Source: Ascoidea asiatica JCM 7603
Taxonomy: Eukaryota; Fungi; Ascomycota
Assembly: GCA_001600695.1 (NCBI GenBank)
Contig: BCKQ01000001.1
Coordinates: 1,957,628-1,966,461, forward strand
Direction of reading: 5' to 3'
DNA: 8,834 nucleotides
Below are positions 1 through 8,659 of the stretch, piece by piece; position 1 is the stretch's first letter; every line of letters begins with the position of its first letter. The notes under the pieces are model-generated. The model had not been told where the DNA came from and ran no database searches. It was given only the letters and a program-made list of their open reading frames with translations. Both the position numbers and the translations under genes were made by a program.

Positions 1-1110
1 GCTACCAAATTACCAACTATTGTTTTGAAACTATTTGGATTTTATGCAAGTAAACAAAAACCAAGTGCTCCAACCGTTTTCATATTAAGTATGAAACACC
101 TTTTAATTCACTGTGAAGATAACTATGAAATACCTGGTCCCAAAATTGTAACATATTTAGAAACAGTAATTGCTACCAACCCTGTAATCGAATATGATGA
201 GAAAACCCTGCCAATACGACATGGACTACTAAAAAATACCGCTATTTCTCTTTTCGAATTTTACCCAACTGAAAACCAAATTGCCCTTCCACCGGAAGAA
301 AACCAAAAAACTTTTTCATTTCTAGAACTAAAAAGAATAAATCAAGAATCAGAGTATTATTGAAACAATAAACACTGTGGGTTAGATGAAGAAACTGAGA
401 CATATGGTTTTAGTAAATTTACTAAAATCTTCGAATGTGTTTTGGTGCCATAAATGAAAACAATATTTTGGTAAATTTGCGCTCAATTAATTCTTTTCAA
501 TTAGGAGAGTTCTCCTTGATCAGGGGGGATGAGAAGGGATTGTTAAACATTTTTTACTTAGAGAACAATAAAGTCTCTGATCTAGACAGATTCGAAAGAT
601 CCGACGAGATTCATATATTGTTATTCAGTTTCCGAAAATGAAAACCAACAATCCAGTCAAGAAAGACTGCTGTTGTAAAAAATAAAAACGTTATACATGG
701 TTTATTGTTGGCATACCTATGGACTTATATTTCAGATGCTTTCAAAATCCAATCCTGAACTGATTTCATGTTTAATCGATAAAGAGCAGTTCTGTAAAAC
801 AAAATTGATAAGTGGTGCTTTGAGAGATAAATCAATATCCTACAATAGGCAGTTTATTGTTGTATTATCCGGGGGGGGGGGGTCAATATACCAATATTGA
901 ATTTATATGAAAGACTCATGCTGGCCGGAAAAATGGTGCTCAACAAGCTAAATTTATTGGGGCTCTCAAAGGAAGAAGTCCATAAGCAGGGTGGTTGGAA
1001 TCCCGAGGCGCTGGAAAAAAATTATTTGCAGCAATACAATTGGTCATTTGCATATGCCATCAATGCGTTGCTTCAGATGAATCTTTATTCCTACCTAGGC
1101 CAAAAGCATC
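1..1110 (+). pseudogene. 5' part of Crypton-type tyrosine recombinase pseudogene (N-terminal region + catalytic YR/Ndc10-II-like domain)
   Basis: Frame 1 is open from base 1 to TGA 361-363. Catalytic-position codons: R 522-524 (LIRGD), K 641-643 (KTN), H 917-919 and R 926-928 (THAGR, frame 2), W 996-998 (GGW) and Y 1023-1025 (frame 3). LFLPR lies at ~1086-1100. Several frameshifts and stops; explains ORFs 25..363, 435..641, 697..900, 897..1127 and part of 995..1189. Confidence 0.85.
871..882. repeat. G12 homopolymer
   Basis: Twelve consecutive G read directly; lies inside the YR pseudogene, between segments in different frames. Confidence 0.95.
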
Positions 1111-2153
1111 TGTTATGGGCGTTGTGAATTTTCATTCATTTTACAAAATCGAATATATAAATTTTACGTATTTAGTAACTATGTATTAGTCAATTAACTC
1201 CTGCTAATCGATGAGCTAAAAATAAAACTAAATAAATTATATAAAAAAATAAGAGGAAATCGATTCCTTTTATATTGGTACTGGATTCCTACGGGGTCCC
1301 GCAGAACTATCGAGAATTCTCGGGAATGCCCTAAACTCCCAGGATCCCTGTGTAGAATCAGGCCGGGAATCACGTTTACTATGTATAAAGGGTTGAAAAA
1401 CTGATTAGAAATCAATTGAAATGCACATTTCAATTTTACCATAGTAAAACCAATCATCCCACTTTCCTGTGGGGTAGACAACCAAACTAATTGCCCGGAA
1501 TAATCTTTAATCCTGAAGCCGTACTCGGAATAGATTCTTAGGGGAGTAGCTCGACTAGTCTCCCGTTTACACCGAGACAATTCGGTATACGTAGTTGAGA
1601 ATTATACCTTATCTCGCATGAAACTAGGCTTAGTCAATCTAACCATCCAGAAGGCGTCCCTGCCTGGATCCGCTTGGCCTTGCTGATTTAATTTCTATCC
1701 GGATAGAGGCTAAATCCCAACTCCTCTTTAATTCTCCGCGTACCGAGTGGCTTAGCTTCAATATGCTTTTAAAGGTTGGACCACTATGGCTGGTACCAAT
1801 CTCAAGGTTTTTTCTACTTTGTACGCTATACCTGACGTAAGCAAAGATGACCTATTCCATGTGACTAGAATATTACATGATATCCTAGTATCTGAGAACC
1901 TGTACAGAGACTCCGCAACGTCATGTGAATTGATGTATTCCCCACCCAACTTATTGCCACTTTAGGCAACAATATGTATATTAGTGCCTAATTATGCATC
2001 TCTATGCATAATTATGCATAGTGTACACGCATTATTGTATAATACATAACTCTGTTACGTCTACTATAGATACGTGTCTTTTAGACCTTCAGAACCTATG
2101 GTGTGACTCCCAATATACGGACTAGCATATACGTATGTCTGTTATTTCCAACA
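1111..2153 (-). mobile_element. ~1043 bp non-coding insertion, probable solo LTR (minus orientation)
   Basis: Crypton homology stops near 1110 and resumes near 2154. The minus strand begins TGTTGGAAATAAC (resembles the Ty1 LTR start TGTTGGAATA) and ends GCCCATAACA, giving TGTT...AACA termini. Minus-strand TATAAAA at 1268-1274. GC content is visibly higher than the flanks. No clean 5-bp TSD (GCATC vs ATCGG; only ATC shared). Confidence 0.65.
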
Positions 2154-3250
2154 ATCGGTTCATACCCCTTCAAATTTATCGAAGAAGAAAAAGGAAAATT
2201 AATAAATTGTGAAAAGGAAAAGTTAAAAAGTTTGTCTAAGAAATAAAATTTTGAAATTAGTAGTGGTGATCGTGAATTTATTAAAACACTAGAATAATTT
2301 CATAAACCATTTCCACCTGATATAGTAGGATTCCCAATATTATTCCCAAATAGCTATATAATCCATGATGAAAAATTCATAAGCAGTACGGTTCTAAAAA
2401 AAAACACTCCGGAACAACAATTGGTGGAAAGTGAAATTCAAAAATCTTGTAAGAAGCTTTATATACATTTTACCAAAACTTTTTTATCAGTAAATGAAGA
2501 GGTGGCTAGCTTGGCTGGAGAAGTGGTGATAGTAACTGGAAATTTTTCCTAAGAATTAAGAACAAGCTACGTGGAGGGAAGGACAAAATGTGTGGACATG
2601 GTTAGAACTTAAACCAAAATCAACAGAGAGGAACAAAAGTCGCTGACTTTTCTAAACTTTTTAAGCTGAACGCTACCTTTTCATTAGCTGCGTAAACAAC
2701 TGTGGCTCCTCCCTGAAATTTAGACCTCGATAATCCAACTATTGCTCAGGAGTCCTACTTGTGAAACATATAAACACAAGTAGATCTGAACCTTTCTATA
2801 ATGAACCTGCTGAGTATATTTATACTACTGTAAAACCAAATTCTATTGAATTCAAAAAAACCAAGAACCGTTTCAAAACTTTGATTTCCAGAGACGGAAC
2901 AAAAAATGATTACTATAAAGGAGCATGTAATAAAATGTCAAGAAATGTGAAAACGGGTTCTGAGGTTTAAAAACAATGGTTTAAAGTGATCAACGATAGA
3001 CCTTTAATTTTGTTAATAATTATCTAATACTGTTCTAGTGGGAGTCCAATAAAAACTTTATCGTCAATTCTATTCAAAAAGGTTTCCAATTGCTCTTTGT
3101 TAGGATAAAAAAAAAATGAGAAGAGCTTTCACAAAGAGAGAAGTATAAAAATTGGTTCCAATGGATTACAAAAAATATTTAGAAAAATTCCCACTTTTCA
3201 AACACGATCGGATTATATTAAAAATAATTTACCAAATCAAGGGGATATAG
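2154..3250 (+). pseudogene. 3' part of Crypton-type gene: post-YR helical region, linker and GCR1_C-like DNA-binding domain
   Basis: From 2154: IGSYPFKFIEEEKGKLINCEKEKLKSLSKK*NFEISSGDREFIKTLE*FHKPFPPDIVGFPILFPNSYIIHDEKF. From 2932: KMSRNVKTGSEV*KQWFKVINDRP...YCSSGS, then RQFYSKR at 3062-3082. These match the remembered GCR1_C pattern MSRxxxTVxDLWxEW...YGxxWR...FYSRR. The end coordinate is approximate. Confidence 0.75.
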
Positions 3251-3340
3251 ATACATATTTCCAATGTGTTTTGTAGTAGCTGTCTAATCAGATTGGCAAT
3301 CGTAGACAGTAGTAAAATATTGCTATCTTAAATTTCTTTG

Positions 3341-3399
3341 AAATCAAATTTAAATTCAAATTCAAATTCAAATTTGAATTCAAACTTAAATTCTAAATT
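3341..3399. repeat. Degenerate (TTCAAA)n hexamer microsatellite with an internal inversion
   Basis: AAATCAAATTTAAATTCAAATTCAAATTCAAATTTGAATTCAAACTTAAATTCTAAATT; contains the perfect 16-bp palindrome AATTCAAATTTGAATT at 3365-3380. Confidence 0.8.
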
Positions 3400-3795
3400 G
3401 TGGGGAAAGGTCAATTATTATTGCAAAATAATAGAAATAATGAAGCTTTTAATAATTACATGCAGAATTTAATATATACACCAACTGTTAAATCACTAGC
3501 AGCTGTTCTTAAAATTGTGTATTATTTTACTAATTTCAGATGAACTATAGAATTCTTTTTTTAATTTATTCTTCTTATTGAATCTTATTAATCCTCAACA
3601 CTTTCTCGAAATAATTAAAATAATAATAATATCTTCGAAAGCCGAACCTGTATTCTCCGTATTCTTCGATATTAACAACAAATAATGGAACTATTTGATG
3701 TTTGATAGTATATTTTTTTTATTGATTGTTTTTGTCTAATTACATCTATTGAGATGCCTTGATTTATGCTATTAAATGATCGATTTCTGGTGACG

Positions 3796-4004
3796 TGTTG
3801 GATTTACTATCGTAATATTGTTTCCGCTAGAAACTCATTTAAAAAAAATAAAAAGGAATATTATTTGTTATATCTAATTATATATATAGATATATGTATG
3901 CACTTCCACAGTTTTATACATGTAAAAAAGAGAATAAAAGATTACTATTCTATTTAATATTATTATTATTTTAAGATAATAATCAAATAATAATTTTCGT
4001 AACA
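3796..4004 (+). repeat. Candidate 5' LTR of the copia element (alternative start TGTTA at 3486)
   Basis: Starts TGTTGG at 3796 and ends TAACA at 4000-4004, 18 bp before the gag ATG at 4023. Contains a TATATATA run (~3879-3888) and AATAAA (~3933). No second copy in the window to confirm it. Confidence 0.4.
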
Positions 4005-4022
4005 AGTTAGGTTTAAGACAAT

Positions 4023-5240
4023 ATGGATTCCGAAGAGGGTACCGTGGCTGAAGGCTTAGAAGCCCATTATGTTAACGATTCAACACCAGGAAATAATTAT
4101 ATGTTTGAAACCACGACAAATATTGCTATTGGAAGTTCGTCAGTAAACAGTGGTGAAAACAATTTAACTATGGATTTGATTATGCCAAAGTAGTTTGGAA
4201 GTCAAATGATAAAGCAAGATTTAATTTGTGGTATGCAAATTTGGTACGAGTATTACCTATGCGTAAAATCAAAAATGCTATAAAGAAATATTTAGATTAT
4301 ACAGATCAATTATAAAACTAGTGATATAGTAAAGCATATTTTAACATTAAGTATTGGAGACAATTTTGCTGGCTTTCTAGATCCTACTGCTCATGGAGTA
4401 TTAGGTTCATCGAATTTAAGTTCTATAGCAGGAAAGCCTAGACAAGCATTTAAAATTTTTAATGATTTAAATGACTTCAAATTCAATGGAAAAGATGTCA
4501 ATAAACATATCATGCCAATAAATGGAATAAAGATGGAATTGGTAAAAGCTAAAAATCCCCTATCAAATTCAATTATTGTTAATTATATCTTAAAAGGATT
4601 AACAGGAAATTACGCAGTTTTGAAATTAATCATCAGAGCACAGAAAGCTAAACCCTCATTAGCTAAATTATTTACAACATTAATCAATTTGGCTAATCAT
4701 GATCAAGAAAAAGATGAAACAACAGTTATTAAAGAGGTTAAAAATGTTGAAAAGTATAACAAATCCCGAAATAAATTTGGAATTGAGTTTGAAGGAAGTT
4801 ACTTTGATTGTGGTAAGAGAGGACATAAAAAGTGTCAATGTCGAAAGCCGCTACAGGAAAATAAAAACAAATTTGGTTTGAACAATAATAAAATATCATT
4901 TGAATCAAAATTTACTTGTTTATTTAGTATTGAAAGAAACGAAAGAGCTACAGGATATGTTAATAGTATTGTCATAGATTCTGGTGCTGCGGCTACTATT
5001 ACAGGGAATATATCATTATTGCATAATACTAAAGATTATAATTATAGAAAATTAAAATTTAAGCAAGCAACTGGTGAAGAATTTGTTCCAGAATCAGTTG
5101 GAGAATTAATTATTAATGTAGGAAATAATAAAGTTAATTTATTGCGATATTATTTTGCTGATATTAGACATACTTAAGTTGCTCCTTATCACTTAAAAGA
5201 AAAGGGATGTTCAATTAATGATGGAATTCTAAAGAAAAAA
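4023..5240 (+). pseudogene. copia gag + aspartic protease remnant
   Basis: ATG at 4023. Zinc knuckle YFDCGKRGHKKCQC at 4800-4841 (CX2CX4HX4C with first C->Y). Protease IVIDSGA with DSG at 4977-4985, in the same frame as the knuckle (ORF 4512..5177). Confidence 0.88.
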
Positions 5241-5329
5241 ATTCGAACTTGAAAGAAAATACTATACCTATTAAATATGATAATAGAATATGGATGATGA
5301 TCAAAAATATATTGATAAGGAAAGTTTTA

Positions 5330-6210
5330 ATGAATGAAATTAATCTTCATTCAAAGTTAGTTCATATAAATAAAAATACAATTATTAAAAGTGTTAACCA
5401 TGGACTATTTTCAGGTGTAAAAGAGAAAGCTACAGAAGATATTAAAAACTTCGAATGTAAAACTTGTGGTATTTGAAAAGCTCCAAGATCTCCAAATTAT
5501 AAAAGTTCGATGATAGAACCATCTTCGATGATTCATTGGAAAGCTGTTCATAGTGATATACCTGCACCATTTAAAACTTCAATTAATATTTAGTTTGATA
5601 CATTCACTTATGAGTTTACTAGTTACTCATATGTTGTTCCAATGAAACAGAAATCTCATATTTATTATAACTTTGTTAATTATTAAAATTAATTAGAAAT
5701 CAATATGAAAGAAGTATTAAAAGCTTACATTCCGATAATGGATCCGAATATATTTCGAAAACTTTTGTAGTAGTATCTGAAAAAAATGGTATTATTCAAA
5801 GCTTCACTACTGCTTACACTCCTTCATCAAATCGTATTGCTGAGAAAAGGAATCATATTATTGTAAGAGATGCTAAACTATGATTGGATGGAAGTGATAT
5901 ATTTAGGAATAACGTTAAAAGTTTGTGTTTTGAAGCAATAATGTATGGTAAATTATTGCGAAATTCAACTTATAATGATTCTCTAAACGATAAACCTTAT
6001 CACCGTCTTTCTAAAAAAACGATTAATATTAAAAAACTTCATACTTTTGGTGCCAAAGTAACTATTACAGATTTGGGTATAAAGAATAAAAATTTGTCAA
6101 AGGTGTGAGAGGATATTTTATTTGACCATCTAGTAAATGTTTTGCTTGGAAAATATTCAATCCGGATATTAAAGGTCTTGTAGAAACAAAACATGTGAGA
6201 TTTTTTATTG
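5330..6210 (+). pseudogene. copia integrase remnant (HHCC + DDE core)
   Basis: LHSKLVHIN...CKTC (HHCC); VHSDI at ~5546-5560. LHSDNGSEY has D at 5734 and TAYTPSSNRIAEKRN has E at 5842, giving exact D-x35-E spacing. LHTFGAKV follows downstream. Confidence 0.92.
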
Positions 6211-6949
6211 AAGATGGATTTCTGAATGATGATGGATTGCTCACCGATGATTATATTGGTAATGATTTATAACAAAATTAAATATCTTGATATTGATATT
6301 AATGAAGAAGAATCTACAAACTCTAATAATAATCATAATAGTAGCAGTGAAAGTGAAAAATTATTTTCAGATAATAGTATTGGTGAAATATATCATGAAA
6401 AACAAAATAAAACTTTGAAAGAAGGGAAAGCAATGATACATTGGAAGATTATTATAAACAGTCTGAAGTTGAGAATAATTATACAAATGATATTACGGAT
6501 ATATACGACAGTTCTGAAATTGACAAAAAACTTGGTGGTCATAACTCAGATATTGAAGATATTATTAAAAATATTCAATCTGCTTTAGTGGGTGCAGATA
6601 ATACAATTAGCGATATTGATGAATCAATTGCACCGAAAAAAATAGGTGCTATAGATAAACCTTATAAAGTAACTAAGCTTATATTGAAATTTGGTTCTAA
6701 AAGTTCTACTCCTGCAAATAGAAAAAAAATTTTAATAAACGATATAAATATAGAATTAGTATTGCAGAATTAGGTAACAATTTATTGGAAATGAATAATT
6801 TAAATAAAGTTATAAATCTTCGAAGTGTTATGCAGGCAAAAGAAAGGCCTGATTCGTCTGAGAGAAAATCTTCTATTGATCTGGAATTAGCAAGTATCCA
6901 GGAATATGCAGGAAACAAAACTTGGTCGAAACTTATTGATGAATATGCA

Positions 6950-7900
6950 TGCCCAAAATATCCTATTGAAACTAAGTAGGTATTTTATATTAAACCTAAT
7001 GGTAAATATAAAACTTGATTGGTTGCGTTGGGAAACTTAAGGGATGATAGTTCTTTTCAAGATACTTAAGCTCCTACAATGGATATGTCAATGCTAAAGC
7101 TAGGTTTAGCCTGGTGTATTAAAAAGGAATATAAATAAAAAGTTATTGATATTTCCACATGATTTTTAAATGCTAATTTAGATGGGCCTATCTTCATATA
7201 TATTCCTGATACTGTTGATGGTTCAGACGGTAAGTATAAGATAGCAAAGCTAAATAAAGCATTATTTTCGATTCAAACAGAGTGGACGATTATGGCATAA
7301 AGCAAATACAGAATATTTCATAAGTCTCAATTTTGAGACTAATCCTGCTCCATCTGTTTAATTTCATAAGGAAGGGAAAATAAATGATGCTATGGTTCTA
7401 GTATTAGTTGATGATATAATGTTTATCACTAAGACAGGTGGCCGGTTCAAGTAAGTAAAAAAGTTTTTGAGAAACGCTTAGTTCTAAATTAACTTTAGGT
7501 CATGCAGAAAGAGACGGATACTTACTTGCATTTATTTTTGTCGAAGAATTAAGTAAAGAAAAAGAATCATTATGTAATAAGTTATCTTTGTAAACTAATA
7601 TAGAACAGTTTTTTAAGATATGTAATATTGAAGCTTTCACAAATAGAATACATTTAAGCCCAGAATTCAATTTAGTCTGTCTAGAGAAAATTTAGATTAT
7701 AATGAGGAAGATTTCAAAAACAGAGAAAAAAAGATATAAAAGTATGGTTGGTTCCCTTCCTTATGTAGATACGAGACGCAGACCTCATGTAGGTTATGCT
7801 TGTAAAAATTTGGCGAGCTTTGCTATCCTTGTTCGTAAGAAATTGTTTAAAGAATGGGAAAATGTTGTGCAATATCTATACTTTACTAGAGCTTAAGGGG
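6950..7900 (+). pseudogene. copia reverse transcriptase (RVT_2-type) remnant and connection region
   Basis: TK*VFYIKPNGKYKT*LVALG, DT*APT, IDIST*FLNANLD, KLNKAL...KQSGRLWH, VLVLVDDIMF (LVDD at 7404-7415), YKSMVGSLPY...RPHVGYA. Confidence 0.92.
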
Positions 7901-7929
7901 GACTAGTGTTTAATGATAAAAGTGTTGGT

Positions 7930-8325
7930 GATAATATTGCGATATCTGACGGTGCTGACTATTCTTCAGATCATGTTACAAAATCATCTATTTTAATAGT
8001 TACTTAATTTGGTAATTATGGGAATATTTCATAGACATATAACTTAACTCTTTTGGTATGTACTTCATCAAGCGAAGCTGATATACTAATGGAATGTTAG
8101 CTATCAAAGGAACTGTTCGGTTATATCAACTGAAAGACTTTCTGGATTTTCACTTGAATTTCCGTATTATAATTAATTGGGATCATTTGGCTGTTGTAAT
8201 GGTTATTGAACAAGAGAATTTTAATTCAACGAATAAACATTATGACGGTAAGTATCGGGCAAATCGTGAGGACATTAACCGTGGAATTATTACTGTGAAA
8301 TATATCGGTACTGTTGACAGAAATG
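7930..8325 (+). pseudogene. copia RNase H remnant, C-terminally truncated
   Basis: ISDGAD, CTSSSEADI (cf. STAEAEY), WDHLAV (cf. DNQAAI), NKHYDGKY (cf. TKHIDIRY), VKYIGTVDRNA. The expected terminal AD(I/L)xTK is absent. Confidence 0.85.
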
Positions 8326-8389
8326 CTTCAACAATCATTTCTGACCTCAGTTCTTATAATACTAAGTTATGATCCCTTGATTATTTTTT

Positions 8390-8472
8390 TGTTTCAATTT
8401 TTTGTTTCAATTTTTATTATGTGTTTCAATTTTTATCATGTGTTTCAATTTTTTGTTTCACATTTTATTACG
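8390..8472. repeat. Tandem array of 5 x TGTTTCA(ATTTTT) units
   Basis: TGTTTCA starts at 8390, 8403, 8422, 8441 and 8454 (spacing 13,19,19,13). The longer units carry ATTATG/ATCATG, and ATTACG follows the last unit. Confidence 0.95.
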
Positions 8473-8590
8473 TCATTAATTTGTTTATCTATTGTTTTAT
8501 ATTTTCGTGTTTGTTTATTTATTTCTCCATTAGGTAAACCTTTGCTTACATTTCGGAGAGCAGCATGATATATAAAGAGATATTGAAACA
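8390..8590 (+). promoter_or_regulatory. Putative pheromone-responsive promoter: Ste12 PRE cluster, Mcm1-like half site, TATA box
   Basis: Five TGTTTCA (reverse complement of the PRE TGAAACA) plus TGAAACA at 8584-8590. TTTCTCCATTAGGTAAA at 8522-8538 has a good right Mcm1 half site. TATATAAA at 8569-8576; ATG at 8660. Function is inferred, not shown. Confidence 0.5.
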
Positions 8591-8659
8591 CTTATAATTA
8601 TTTTAATTTAATTTTAATTTATTTTTTAAATTATTATTATTCTTTATTATTTATATCAC

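Larger units (their letters stand above)
1..3250 (+). mobile_element. Decayed CryptonF-like tyrosine-recombinase DNA transposon (YR + GCR1_C architecture), interrupted by an insertion at 1111-2153; 5' end outside window, 3' limit approximate
   Basis: Ordered Crypton/Ndc10-II-like motifs across frameshifts: DNYEIPGPKIVTYLE, LRSINSFQLGEFSLIRGD, KTN, KSISYNRQ, KTHAGRKNGAQQA, QGGWNPEALEKNYL, LFLPR. After the insertion come FKFIEE...DREFIKTLE*...DIVGFPILFPNSYII and the GCR1_C-like KMSRNVKTGSEV*KQWF...RQFYSKR. Element termini not identified. Confidence 0.8.
3796..8325 (+). mobile_element. Degenerate Ty1/copia LTR retrotransposon, 3'-truncated
   Basis: Domain order Gag(CCHC)-PR-IN-RT-RNase H, with IN before RT, is diagnostic of Ty1/copia. 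Many stops and frameshifts; no PPT or 3' LTR seen. Confidence 0.93.

Noticed and set aside
619-644. CDEIII-like string TGTTATTCAGTTTCCGAAAATGAAAA
   Set aside because: Lies within YR coding sequence at the KTN motif, with no >90% AT CDEII or CDEI upstream; treated as coincidence.
1194-1949. Minus-strand ORFs 1194..1580 and 1758..1949
   Set aside because: Non-ATG starts, no recognisable motifs, inside a GC-richer non-coding insertion where chance ORFs are expected.
1111-2153. Hammerhead ribozyme/retrozyme, tRNA, group I intron or TIR (hAT-type) transposon
   Set aside because: No CTGAnGA...GAAA core with proper stems, cloverleaf or intron core seen by eye on either strand; no TIRs inside the 8-bp direct repeats.
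1-3250. Calling this the host gene NDC10/CBF2, GCR1, MSN1 or HOT1
   Set aside because: Multiple stops and frameshifts, retained catalytic residues and TE context; orthology cannot be shown from sequence alone.
3766-3957. 63-aa ORF
   Set aside because: Low-complexity AT-rich translation overlapping the candidate LTR.
4699-6918. Alternate-frame/antisense ORFs 4699..4881 and 6706..6918
   Set aside because: Shadow ORFs of the copia polyprotein with no independent motifs.
4023-8325. RIP as the cause of decay
   Set aside because: Lesions are mixed (TGG>TAG at 6977, Arg>TGA at 7016, TAY>TAA at 7067, probable GGA>TGA, many indels) rather than directional CpA>TpA transitions; not formally computed.
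8390-8472. CRISPR array or telomeric repeat
   Set aside because: Units are 13-19 bp with no unique spacers, the context is eukaryotic, the period is irregular and the array is internal.
8314-8568. 84-aa hydrophobic ORF (possible membrane protein)
   Set aside because: TTG start, and the hydrophobicity is simply the translation of the T-rich TGTTTCAATTTTT repeat.
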